Assembly: GCA_002292285.1 (NCBI GenBank)
Contig: DBBP01000008.1
Coordinates: 497,089-561,088 of the forward strand
Source of the DNA: Proteobacteria bacterium UBA981
GTDB taxonomy: Bacteria; Pseudomonadota; Gammaproteobacteria; Ga0077536
Reading direction: 5' to 3'
Length of the DNA: 64,000 bases
Shown here: piece by piece, positions 8,589-18,044 of the stretch
Layout of the letters: every line of letters begins with the position of its first letter
Numbering within the stretch: position 1 is the first letter of the stretch
The notes under the pieces: model-generated
The model's database searches: none
What the model saw: the letters and a program-made list of their open reading frames with translations, nothing else
Told to the model about the DNA's origin: nothing
Translations under genes and position numbers: made by a program

Positions 8589-11312
8589 TTAGCTTTCGGG
8601 CGCAGCATCGAATATCACAGTGCCGAGCGCACCATCCACCGTAATCAAGGCCCCGTCTTCGATGATGCGCATGGCGTCGGTAATCTGAACCGCCGGCAAA
8701 CCGTACTCGCGCGACAGGCACGACCCATGTGCCAGCAGCCCCCCGGTTTCCAGTACCAATCCGGCAATGACTAAAAATACCGGCGTCCAGCCGGGGTCCG
8801 TCGCCTGACAGACGAGAATGTCGCCCTCTTCGACTGCGCCGATCTCGGCCAGACTTTTAATCACGCGAGCCCGGCCAGTCACTACGCCGCGACTCGTCCC
8901 AACGCCACGCAGAATGCCATCGGCTGCCCCATCTTCGTTTGGGCCAGCACTCAAATCGATAGATTCTCCCCGCCGGAGAAAGGCAGGTGGCGTCGCGAGT
9001 TTGCGGTCAAACTGTTCGAAATGATGGCGGCGGCCGGCGATCTTCGCTGCCGTCAATCGCGCATCGAAATTGCCCGCAAGGGCTGCGTTGAGTTCATCTA
9101 CTGCGAGGAAAAAATAATCGTCCGGCTTGCTGAGGATTCCCCGCTCGAGCAAGCGCCGGTTAATTTCCAGCAATGTGCGCTTTTTAGACCAAGTGATGCG
9201 ATCGATATAGTGACGTTCATCATCTCTGACTTGCAGAAACTCATAGACGTGCTTCAGCACCAATCGAAACAACCCGCGCTTGAATAGGCCGAAGGCCTGT
9301 GCACGCAGATTTTCCAGAACCTCGGCCACGGCTGCTTCGCGCAGGACCCGCGTGCGCGCCTCAGCCGCCGCCGGGCTGACGGATCCATCGGCGCTGAGGA
9401 TGGCCTTGAAGGCGTTGTAATCCCCTGCAGGATTTTCGATCCGACGAGGGAACCAAAAATCGCGGTCAGCCTGGCCGCGGTGCCCATGCTCGCGAACCAT
9501 CGCCGCATATGCCTGACTAAATGCTTCCGCTTCCGGACAGGCAGCTGCAGCCCCGAAGAACGCCGCGCCAGCATGTGCTTCGAATAGCGCTTGCAGAACT
9601 GGCGATCGCCGAATCATTTGCGCCAAATGCCAGAGCTGTTCATTTTCCTGCAAGGTCACGGTTTGCCGCGGCACGCCAGTAATGAGATCAGCATAAACGC
9701 CGGCATTGCTGCCGGTGTACCAACGCCCGATCAAATCGCCGAGCCACAGGAGCAAACCTGGAGCAAAGATAAAGAACCCGGCCCATTGGCGCTGGTTAAA
9801 GGCGACGAAAAATTCGATCCGCGACTCGAGGTAGGCGTACAGCGCTTCATCGTCAAGCGCGCGCAGCCCGTCATCGCTGAGACCGTCTGCCTCGGGAATC
9901 CGCTGCTCAAGCTCGTGATAAACCGCTTTTATCCAACGCGTCGGTCCCATGCCACCAGCAGCGACTGTGAGTCGTGCATATAGTTTCACGTAGTCGAACC
10001 ACGAGAACGGCGCCTCGATGACCTCGGCCCACCAGGCCGGCGGCACCCGCCCGAGGGCCGCCGGCGAGCGCAAAAATGGTGGAATAAATTTCGCTGCCTC
10101 GCGACGCTCTAAGGACGCGTTCCAATACACTTCGGCGTTGTGGTATTTAAAAACACGAGTGTTCGCCTGACGCGGCAAACCCATCACCTCAAGCGCGCGC
10201 CGATGACACTCCGTTTGCCCCCGCGCACGCACGGAATAAAACAGCGGCGTCACAGCACCAGTCCACCATTCGTCCGCAAAAGCACGCGTCCATACGTGAT
10301 CGTCGTCATCCGGTAGTGCCTGCCAGCCGTCCACCTGTTCATCCCAGGAGAACGTCGCGGCGGTGATATCACGTGCCTGCAGCAGAAAAAATTTGCCACC
10401 CAGGCTGGCCCATTCAATATCTTGTGGGTAGCCGCCGTAATGCGCGGCGACTTGTTGGCCCAGTTGCGCCAGACGCTCGAGCGCGCCAAGGTCTAACGAC
10501 AGCGATCGTCGACGCGTGTCGTCGACTGCGCGTGTGATGGTGCCGGACGGCGCCGTCGGGTCAGCAACAACCTCGAGTTGTTTGTCGCCCAGCGTATGGC
10601 GGCGAATTGCCAGCGTGCGATTGGACAACACGAATTCGTCTGGCGTGATGATGCCGGACACTACAGCCTCGCCGAGCCCCCAGCTCGCATTGACGACTGA
10701 TTCATCTGTCGCACCCGTCAAAGGATTGGCGGTGAACGATACGCCCGCGACATCGGCATCGATCATCGCCTGCACGACAACCGCAAGTTTCGCATCACGA
10801 TGCGAAAACCCCATCCGCTGGCGATAACTCACCGCACGAGCCGTCCACACGGACGCCCAACAGCGCCGCACAGCCACAGCAAGTGCCTGGTCACCGCAAA
10901 CGTCGAGATAGGTATCGTGCAACCCTGCGAAAGAAGCCTCCGCGGTGTCTTCTGCAATCCCGGACGAACGCACGGCAACGCGCGCGTCAGGCCCGTCCAG
11001 CTGCGCGTAGGCGTTGGTCAGGGCGGCTGCGAGGGACACAGATAGTTCGCTTTGCTCTATGGCGCTGCGAATCCTGCCGCTTGCCATCTCGAGTTCGTCG
11101 ACACCAAGCGTGTCGAGCCGCGCTATCAATGTCTCGATTTCTGCACTGATGCCAGCACAGTCGAGCATCTCCTGGTAAGCCTTAGTTGAGATGACGAATG
11201 CCGGCGGGACGGGCAGCCCGGCAGCGAACATACGCCCGAGGTTCGCCCCCTTACCCCCAACCTGCCGGCGCTCCTGCGCATCCGTGTCGGCCAACCAAAC
11301 TATCTCACTCAC
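8589..11312 (-). CDS. PEP-utilising enzyme, PEP synthase/rifampin-phosphotransferase-like three-domain kinase
   Basis: 907 aa. The N-terminus is a PEP/pyruvate-binding ATP-grasp region (RRQVGGKGANLGRMFAAGLPVPPAFVISTKAY). About 450 central residues have no motif I recognise. The C-terminus is a swivel phospho-His domain (GDILVCQATDPGWTPVF...ETGGLLAHGSCLSREYGLPAV). Confidence 0.8.
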   Translation of the reverse strand: MSEIVWLADTDAQERRQVGGKGANLGRMFAAGLPVPPAFVISTKAYQEMLDCAGISAEIETLIARLDTLGVDELEMASGRIRSAIEQSELSVSLAAALTNAYAQLDGPDARVAVRSSGIAEDTAEASFAGLHDTYLDVCGDQALAVAVRRCWASVWTARAVSYRQRMGFSHRDAKLAVVVQAMIDADVAGVSFTANPLTGATDESVVNASWGLGEAVVSGIITPDEFVLSNRTLAIRRHTLGDKQLEVVADPTAPSGTITRAVDDTRRRSLSLDLGALERLAQLGQQVAAHYGGYPQDIEWASLGGKFFLLQARDITAATFSWDEQVDGWQALPDDDDHVWTRAFADEWWTGAVTPLFYSVRARGQTECHRRALEVMGLPRQANTRVFKYHNAEVYWNASLERREAAKFIPPFLRSPAALGRVPPAWWAEVIEAPFSWFDYVKLYARLTVAAGGMGPTRWIKAVYHELEQRIPEADGLSDDGLRALDDEALYAYLESRIEFFVAFNQRQWAGFFIFAPGLLLWLGDLIGRWYTGSNAGVYADLITGVPRQTVTLQENEQLWHLAQMIRRSPVLQALFEAHAGAAFFGAAAACPEAEAFSQAYAAMVREHGHRGQADRDFWFPRRIENPAGDYNAFKAILSADGSVSPAAAEARTRVLREAAVAEVLENLRAQAFGLFKRGLFRLVLKHVYEFLQVRDDERHYIDRITWSKKRTLLEINRRLLERGILSKPDDYFFLAVDELNAALAGNFDARLTAAKIAGRRHHFEQFDRKLATPPAFLRRGESIDLSAGPNEDGAADGILRGVGTSRGVVTGRARVIKSLAEIGAVEEGDILVCQATDPGWTPVFLVIAGLVLETGGLLAHGSCLSREYGLPAVQITDAMRIIEDGALITVDGALGTVIFDAAPES

Positions 11313-11490
11313 CGCCGCACCTCATCGCCCCTATCCCCAGCCGCCGTGCCATGGCATCGAGGAGCCCTGGCGCGTCTGTCCCCATAATGCCTCGAAGCGG
11401 CGGCCGGCCATAGCGTCCGCGCGCGGGACACTCGATCAGTGGCGATACGACGATTACACTGGCGGTGCTCCCGCAAACAGGAATCACAGC

Positions 11491-12342
11491 ATGAAGATCG
11501 GCGTCGTCTACCCACAGATCGAACTCAACGGTGACCCGCAGGCCGTACGTGACTTCGGCCAGGCCGCCGAAGCGCTCGGCTACGACCACCTGCTCGCCTA
11601 CGATCACGTCGTCGGCGCGACCCACGATCGCGAACCGAAGTTGTGGGGACCCTACACTGAGCAGGATCCATTCCATGACCCGTTCGTCATGTTCGCCTAC
11701 CTGGCCGGACAGACTGAGCGTCTTGAGTTCGCCACCGGCGTCATCATCCTGCCCCAGCGCCAAACGGCCCTGGTCGCCAAGCAGGCAGCCGATCTGGATC
11801 TGTTGTCGGGAGAGCGCCTGCGCTTCGGCATCGGCGTTGGCTGGAACTACGTTGAATACGACGCTCTCGGCCAGGAATTCGCCACGCGCGGCGCTCGTGC
11901 TGATGAGCAAATCGAATTGATGCGCCGCTATTGGGACGAATCACTGGTGAGTTTTAACGGACGTTTCGATCGCGTTGATCGCGGCAACATCCTGCCCCGC
12001 CCGAAGCGCCGCATTCCGATCTGGATCGGCGGCTTCAGCGAGCCCGCCTACCGCCGTGGCGGCACCCTGGGTGACGGATTCATATTTGCGGGTCCCGATC
12101 ACGCTGCTGGCTGGGAGCGCGTCAAGCATCATCTCGCGAAAGCCGGACGTTCCGCAGAAGGTTTCGGCCGCGATTTAATCACTAACACTGCCACGTCCGT
12201 CGATGCGTGTGTTGCCGCCGTTGAAGGCTGGCGCGAAAACGGCGGTACGCACGCGTCCGTGTGCACCATGGGCATGGGACTGGACAGTACCGCTGCGCAT
12301 ATCGATTTCATCTCGACTGTGCGGGAGCGCTTGGGTGGTTAG
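11491..12342 (+). CDS. Luciferase-like monooxygenase (LLM) family oxidoreductase, F420-dependent-like subclass
   Basis: Start moved to ATG 11491 (MKIGVVYPQIELNGDPQAVRDFGQAAEALGYDHLLAYDHV). The upstream part of the track ORF overlaps the opposite-strand gene and is Pro/Arg-rich. It has the LLM block VIILPQRQTALVAKQAADLDLLSGERLRFGIGVGW. Confidence 0.8.
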   Translation: MKIGVVYPQIELNGDPQAVRDFGQAAEALGYDHLLAYDHVVGATHDREPKLWGPYTEQDPFHDPFVMFAYLAGQTERLEFATGVIILPQRQTALVAKQAADLDLLSGERLRFGIGVGWNYVEYDALGQEFATRGARADEQIELMRRYWDESLVSFNGRFDRVDRGNILPRPKRRIPIWIGGFSEPAYRRGGTLGDGFIFAGPDHAAGWERVKHHLAKAGRSAEGFGRDLITNTATSVDACVAAVEGWRENGGTHASVCTMGMGLDSTAAHIDFISTVRERLGG

Positions 12343-12354
12343 GCGGATAGCACT

Positions 12355-12759
12355 ATGAACGACATCGCGAACAAACCTGCGCCGACTCCAAGTGAGATGA
12401 GCCAGCCGTTCTGGGACGGAGTCGAGCAAGGCGAGCTGCGCATGCAAACATGCAGCGAATGCGGCACGCCGCGCCATTACCCGCGCTTGCTGTGCAGTGT
12501 TTGCTACAGCGACGGAGTGGTGTGGAAAACCGCCAGCCGACAGGGCAAAGTCCACAGTTGGACTGTAGCCCACCACCCCTATCACCCGGCTTTCGTTACG
12601 GAAGTCCCCTATACACTGGTCGTCATCGATCTTGACGAGGGACCGCGCGCGATTGGCCGTTGGGACGGTGACACACCCGTGATCGGCCAACCAGTGACAG
12701 GGCACTTTGTCGCACGGGAAGGTGGTTCAGATCTGGTTTTCGCAGCGAGCGGAATTTAG
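12355..12759 (+). CDS. DUF35 Zn-ribbon/OB-fold protein
   Basis: 134 aa. A Zn ribbon (MQTCSECGTPRHYPRLLCSVCYS) is followed by an OB-fold-like C-terminus. It starts 12 nt after the LLM stop. Confidence 0.75.
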   Translation: MNDIANKPAPTPSEMSQPFWDGVEQGELRMQTCSECGTPRHYPRLLCSVCYSDGVVWKTASRQGKVHSWTVAHHPYHPAFVTEVPYTLVVIDLDEGPRAIGRWDGDTPVIGQPVTGHFVAREGGSDLVFAASGI

Positions 12760-12843
12760 ATGCGTGGAGACAAAGAGAGCTCGTTTATTCATGTTCATTC
12801 ACTGTGACGCTCGCACAGCCTGCGAAGAGCAATCCTGAAACTC

Positions 12844-13746
12844 TCAGGCGCCGCGCAATCGCCAGTTCCCCGTACCGCTAATTAAGACATAAACGATCGT
12901 GCCGAGTGAGATATCCGCCAGAAGGTAGAGAATCCGATGGACGGCCGCCGCAATTAGCGCATCGCCGACACCAATTTGCTGCGCCAACCCTACCGCGAGT
13001 ACGGCCTCACGCACCCCAATGCCGGCTGGGGCGAATACGGCAATTGTGCCAATCGCATAAGCGAGTGCGAAAAGACTCACGATATACAATGGCGTGGCGT
13101 CGGTCTGCGACGCGATGAGAAGCCAGAATGACAGGCCAAGAAAAATCCACGCCCCACCCAGCGACAAAACGTATCGCGTTGTCGGCTTCGCGAGCGCGAG
13201 AACGCGTGCGAACGTCCCCCTAAAAGCAAGAACCACGGCTATGGCTGTGACGACACCCCCGACAAGCAGTGACCACCTGCCAATGACAGTCAGGCCCGCC
13301 CGATCCAGCAAAGTAGTCCCGTGTAGCACAAACGCAGGCAAGCCGACGAGCGACGCAGAGCCGACGAGCCAAACGAGTTCAACTAAGATCACCCGGCCAA
13401 TCTGTTCGCCGGTAAAGCCTAGAATGCGGTAGATACCCGCTCTGCTCAAAAACTGCCAAACGCTTCCGGGTGCGTATTTGGCGATCTGCGAGGTGTTGTA
13501 GGCAAACGCGCCTTGCTTCCAGGTCAGGTTGAGCGACTGCCCCTGCGCCACCGCACACACGAACCAAGTCAGAAATCCCTTCGATACGATGATCGCCGCA
13601 AACGCGAAAGCCGCCACAGACAGGGGAAATCCGCGCAGCACATCGACTATCTCAGTCCAACGAGAAGTCAGATAATAGCTGCCTCCCGCAAGCACCAGAA
13701 CCAGCCATAAACGTTGCAGGACGCTACGAAGCTGGCCCCAGAGCAT
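12844..13746 (-). CDS. Polytopic membrane protein, lysyl-PG synthase TM-region / UPF0104 flippase-like family
   Basis: 300 aa and almost entirely hydrophobic helices. It has the PAGIGVREAVL motif typical of UPF0104. It starts 3 nt after the upstream stop. Confidence 0.6.
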   Translation of the reverse strand: MLWGQLRSVLQRLWLVLVLAGGSYYLTSRWTEIVDVLRGFPLSVAAFAFAAIIVSKGFLTWFVCAVAQGQSLNLTWKQGAFAYNTSQIAKYAPGSVWQFLSRAGIYRILGFTGEQIGRVILVELVWLVGSASLVGLPAFVLHGTTLLDRAGLTVIGRWSLLVGGVVTAIAVVLAFRGTFARVLALAKPTTRYVLSLGGAWIFLGLSFWLLIASQTDATPLYIVSLFALAYAIGTIAVFAPAGIGVREAVLAVGLAQQIGVGDALIAAAVHRILYLLADISLGTIVYVLISGTGNWRLRGA

Positions 13747-13749
13747 GAG

Positions 13750-15006
13750 TCACGCTTCGAGCAATTCGAACAAGGTTTCGAACTGCGCGAGCGACTCCTT
13801 TTTCACAGGGTCAAGGGCAAGGCGAATCGTATCGGAGACTAACTCATTCTCCGCGACCAACTCCTCAAGGTGTTCGGTGACTCGTGCCGTATCGGTGTCA
13901 TTCAATTCAAACACATAGCGTTCAAGATTGAAAAGCGCCATCACCTCAAGGTACTTGTGGCTCCAGCCAATCACGATTACCGGAACTGCGATCGATAGCG
14001 CCGCAACCATCGCGTGAAACCTGGAAACCGCGACCACATCACATAAGGCAACGAGTCGTTTGATGTCGATCGCATCAAGATCGCCGTCCACATATAAAAA
14101 GCGACTCTGATCCAGGCTTTCGAGACGGCTCCGGACGGCGCGAATTATCGGAAGATCATTATTCCGCAGCTCGTCACCGCCATCGGCTCGGGTTGCGTTG
14201 GGAAACAGCAAAACGACGCGACCATTCGCCAACTGTCCCTTGACGAGTGCTGCAAGATAGCCGACGTAGTCCCATCCCGCATTTTTCGCGACCACCGAAC
14301 TTGGGCAGATTCCGACCACCACACGCCCCGCTGTGCGGGCGTATTCGAGTTCCTGGACAAGTCGATCTGCCTCAGGTGACGGCGCCACGGTGAGCCGGTC
14401 TCGTGATTCGAGAAGAAATGCTGCGTCATTCGCGCGTTGCAGTAACCTGGCCTCGAGCCCAAGACCGGTGAGATTCGCCAACGTGCGGCTGCCGCGCGAA
14501 AAAATCGCTGTACAGCGCGGCAGCATGATGCGCGCCACGCTCCGATTCAGTCGATTATCAAACGAGCCGAGAGCCTGCGAGAACTTTACAACAGGAATAC
14601 CCAGCAGCATCGGGCACAAGATGGTCAATACATTGAACGGCAGAAATTTTTCTCGTCCGTCGACGAACGACACGCCCGCGAGATCGACCAGAACGTCCGC
14701 CCGAGCCAGTGCGCGTCCGGATTTCGGTAGAACATCGATAAACCGCCGGAGCCCGAGTACGTGCAGCATCATGCCCACAAGCGCACCAGGAAATAGAACG
14801 GTAACGAGGTTGATCGGCGTGCAACTATGGATCCGAATAAACCCATGCTGCACAAGCTCGGAATCTTGCACAGGGTAGTAACTGAAAAATTCTATGCGGG
14901 CGTCGGGAATCCGATCGCGGATCCGTCCGATAGCCGTGAGCGCCATGGCTTCGGCCCCATGATTGCCGCCAAAGGTCGCGGCAATAAGTGCAACGGTCGC
15001 AGTCAA
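13750..15006 (-). CDS. Polysaccharide pyruvyl transferase family protein (CsaB/WcaK-like)
   Basis: 418 aa. It has N-terminal IAATFGGNHGAEAMALTAI and C-terminal VVAVSRFHAMVAALSIAVPVIVIGWSHKY (the RxH...P.I.I.Y/W..K block of pyruvyl transferases). The TTG start overlaps the upstream stop (TTGA). Confidence 0.7.
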   Translation of the reverse strand: MTATVALIAATFGGNHGAEAMALTAIGRIRDRIPDARIEFFSYYPVQDSELVQHGFIRIHSCTPINLVTVLFPGALVGMMLHVLGLRRFIDVLPKSGRALARADVLVDLAGVSFVDGREKFLPFNVLTILCPMLLGIPVVKFSQALGSFDNRLNRSVARIMLPRCTAIFSRGSRTLANLTGLGLEARLLQRANDAAFLLESRDRLTVAPSPEADRLVQELEYARTAGRVVVGICPSSVVAKNAGWDYVGYLAALVKGQLANGRVVLLFPNATRADGGDELRNNDLPIIRAVRSRLESLDQSRFLYVDGDLDAIDIKRLVALCDVVAVSRFHAMVAALSIAVPVIVIGWSHKYLEVMALFNLERYVFELNDTDTARVTEHLEELVAENELVSDTIRLALDPVKKESLAQFETLFELLEA

Positions 15007-16181
15007 TGCACGGTCTCCAGACCTTTCTTGATGTAGAGATACAATTTAATCAGCGGTCTGGGTAGACGGAATATCCAATGCGCATGCTCTTTTTCACTAA
15101 ATCTCATATTCCACATCACGAGATACGCAGAGAGAAACTTGAGCGGTGTGATTCGCTCGAATACGGTGTCCTTGATCCTTATTCCCAGCTTCTCGCCCGC
15201 TTTGACCCTCGCAGACACGTTGTAATGCGTTGGGGCGACGCGACTCTGCCCGTCGAGGATATATTCGCGACCCACAGCTTGCGCGTCGATGACTCCTGCG
15301 GCTGAAGCGCTTTGTACGAGTTCCTGAGCTGTGGGGGTCCTGACAAGCACACCGCTGTGCTTGATCGGATCGTCTCTCAGCGAGTAAAGCCACACGTCGC
15401 CAATCGACAGATCTGCCGCGTATCCGAAATGATCGCTACACGCCATGCATTTACGTTCCGAGAAAAAATTCAGGTTGCGATAATCGCTGAAGTAGGAGAA
15501 CGGTTTCTCGACGATGACCCCGTTATTGAACTCCGCCGACAGGCGTCCTCGCCAATGTCCTGAGCGGAACGTGTAGGCCGTGAGATCCTCGCCGCCGCTC
15601 TCGGCCGCAAGCTTCGCGATGACGCCATCGATGAGGGCCGTACGCGAATTATGCCCGCACAGGAAAGCGATTTTGTAGACCACTTTAGCAGACAACTCAG
15701 GCTCTTTTTGTCCCCAGCGATGCAACGCTGAAATATCACAGGGTAATCCGCAAACCGCGAATCGGCCTTCGTTAAGTCGGAGAATCTCGAGAACGTCGCG
15801 CATGAATCGCGTCTCGACATATTTGCTTCCCCGCGCGGCAAGAATCTCCTCGCGAGTGCGCGCGAGGGAAAATTCAGCTCGTACGGCACCGTCGACGATG
15901 CGCGTGCAACAGACAATCGCTCCATCGATTGCACCAATCTCGAGCGCGTGAATGAGCAGCGCGCTGGTCGTGCCGCCAGACGCGGCACCGGCGCGGACAT
16001 CCGCACTGGTCGCATAAGTCAGATATCCCTCAATTGCATCGCCAACCATCGCATCAATTTCTGTGCGCGACCAATGCTTCTTGGTGAGGCGATCGATGAC
16101 AGAGTTGAATCTCATTGGATCGGTACCTTTACCCTCGCCAAAATCAAGATCCTGGGGCAACGTGTCGTACGCTGCCCTCAC
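15003..16181 (-). CDS. Coenzyme F420 hydrogenase/dehydrogenase beta-subunit-like (FrhB family) protein
   Basis: AASGGTTSALLIHALEIGAIDGAIV and GLPCDISAL...FLCGHN resemble FrhB/FdhB-type flavin-binding proteins. The start is uncertain: GTG 16181 or ATG 16115. Confidence 0.65.
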   Translation of the reverse strand: MRAAYDTLPQDLDFGEGKGTDPMRFNSVIDRLTKKHWSRTEIDAMVGDAIEGYLTYATSADVRAGAASGGTTSALLIHALEIGAIDGAIVCCTRIVDGAVRAEFSLARTREEILAARGSKYVETRFMRDVLEILRLNEGRFAVCGLPCDISALHRWGQKEPELSAKVVYKIAFLCGHNSRTALIDGVIAKLAAESGGEDLTAYTFRSGHWRGRLSAEFNNGVIVEKPFSYFSDYRNLNFFSERKCMACSDHFGYAADLSIGDVWLYSLRDDPIKHSGVLVRTPTAQELVQSASAAGVIDAQAVGREYILDGQSRVAPTHYNVSARVKAGEKLGIRIKDTVFERITPLKFLSAYLVMWNMRFSEKEHAHWIFRLPRPLIKLYLYIKKGLETVH

Positions 16182-16681
16182 TCAATACCGGCGAGTGTCG
16201 GACGAGATCCCGAGATCCCGAAAATTTCGTAAATTTTTCGATATTCGACATTCCGTAAACCTCCGATTCGCGGGCCGAGGTCACGTCAGCTTGCGCGAAG
16301 AAGTGTAACATCCCGCCGCCAAGTCCCGTCCGATTTTTATCCTGCGGTGGTTGCGTTTTTTCACCTACAACGCAGTCGCGACTTCTGTCACACGTGATCA
16401 TTCAACGGGCATTCGCCTGCGCCTGTCAGCGCGCCGGTTCAGGCTCGGGAGTGCGGTTTCGCGCGCGGCAATTGCTGGCGCGATTCTCCAACCGCTCGGC
16501 TGGCCCTGCTAGAACGAAACTTTGACGGATCTCTGTTGATCTTCCCGGACAACGACAAACAAAGTTTGTGCTCCGCGCGCCGCACTTTTGGCTACTTTGG
16601 AAAATGGCCATCCACTAACGCGCCCACAGGAGGCGGTCAAATTGGCGCGCAGTAAGAAAAAGCGGATATGCCCTTCTTGCC

Positions 16682-17896
16682 TTACTCGGTTGTCGGTTGA
16701 GCTTCCCGGACCACGCCTTCGGTGATCAGTGCGCGCGCCTGCTCAGCGCTAAGTCCGGCCTCCAGCAGTAATTCCAGACTATGTTCTCCGAGGCGCGGTG
16801 GCGTACGCGTTAACGGCTGCCGTTCGCCGTTAAAGCGTAGTGGTTGAGCGACACCTTGTAGCTCCCCGCGGCTGTCGTCAGCATAGTCAAACACCATGCC
16901 CGACGCCTGCGTATGCGGGTGCTCGCACAGCTCGCGCAAGTTGTGGACAGGCGAACACGGCACACCAGCGGCACCGAGGTCGGCTAGCCATTGCTCGCGA
17001 CTGCGTCGCCGCATTATCCGGTCGACAATGGCAACGGTTTCGGCGCGCCGTTCGACGCGCTCGGTATTCGTCGTGAAGCCTTCTCGCGTAGCCAGCTCAG
17101 GCTCGCCGGCCACATCGCAAAACGTTTTCCACAAGCTGTCGTTAGCCACACCAAGAATGACCTGCTGATCGGCGGTTTCGAATACCTGATACGGGCATAG
17201 CGATTCGTGCCCCGACCCTGGGCGCATCGGCTCGGTGCCACGCTGCCAGAACCCTTGCAGAAAATAACCGAGAAAAGCCACGGAAGTATCAAACAGGGAG
17301 GCTTCAACCTTGAGTCCGCGTCCTGTACGAGCACGCTCGAGCAAGCCGGCCAAAATGCCAATCAAGGCATGCAAGCCAGTACCCTGGTCGACAGGAGAAT
17401 ACGGACTGCGCATCGGTGGGCCGCCCGGCTCGCCGGTAATCGACAGCATGCCGCTGAAGGCTTGCAAGACGACGTCATAGCCCTTGCCTTCGCGCATTGG
17501 GCCGACATCGCCGTATCCGGAAATACTGCTGTAGACAATGCGCGGATTAATCTCTGCGAGCGTTTCATAGTCCACTCCGAGCCGCTCAGCGACGCCGGGA
17601 CCAAAACTCTCGATAACAACGTCCGCAGTTGCGACCAGACGGTGCACCACGTCGCGCCCGGCGGTCGATTTCAGATCGAGCGCGATGCTGCGCTTGTTGC
17701 GATTCACACTCAGAAAAATCGTGCCGTCATCACCGGCAAACGGTGGCCAGTGGCGGGTGTCATCACCGTGCGCCATCGGTTCCACCTTCACCACATCAGC
17801 GCCCATGTCGCCGAGATACTGGGTACATAGTGGGCCGGCGAGCACTTTGGATAAATCGATAACGCGAGTACCGGCGAGTGGGCTGCTGGGATTCAT
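16682..17896 (-). CDS. Family III CoA-transferase (CaiB/BaiF type)
   Basis: Motifs are GTRVIDLSKVLAGPLCTQYLGDMGADVVKVEP and SGYGDVGPMREGKGYDVVLQAFSG, which includes the canonical Asp. Start taken at ATG 17896 (MNPSSPLAG). Confidence 0.85.
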   Translation of the reverse strand: MNPSSPLAGTRVIDLSKVLAGPLCTQYLGDMGADVVKVEPMAHGDDTRHWPPFAGDDGTIFLSVNRNKRSIALDLKSTAGRDVVHRLVATADVVIESFGPGVAERLGVDYETLAEINPRIVYSSISGYGDVGPMREGKGYDVVLQAFSGMLSITGEPGGPPMRSPYSPVDQGTGLHALIGILAGLLERARTGRGLKVEASLFDTSVAFLGYFLQGFWQRGTEPMRPGSGHESLCPYQVFETADQQVILGVANDSLWKTFCDVAGEPELATREGFTTNTERVERRAETVAIVDRIMRRRSREQWLADLGAAGVPCSPVHNLRELCEHPHTQASGMVFDYADDSRGELQGVAQPLRFNGERQPLTRTPPRLGEHSLELLLEAGLSAEQARALITEGVVREAQPTTE

Positions 17897-18044
17897 GGAT
17901 GGGGTTTCTACGTTTGCAAACCAGTACGCATGAGAAACACCCGCGAGGATTGAGTCAAGCTCGCCTGTCTGGTGGCACCCTTGCATGCAACCAGGAACGT
18001 TTCACGAATGCCCGACGTTGCGGCGCGAGACTTTCGCGTGCGGG

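Noticed and set aside
11191-11490. Long N-terminal extension of the LLM ORF (track start 11191)
   Set aside because: The extension overlaps the 5' end of the opposite-strand PEP-utilising gene and is Pro/Arg/Ala-rich with no LLM similarity. The canonical LLM N-terminus begins at ATG 11491.
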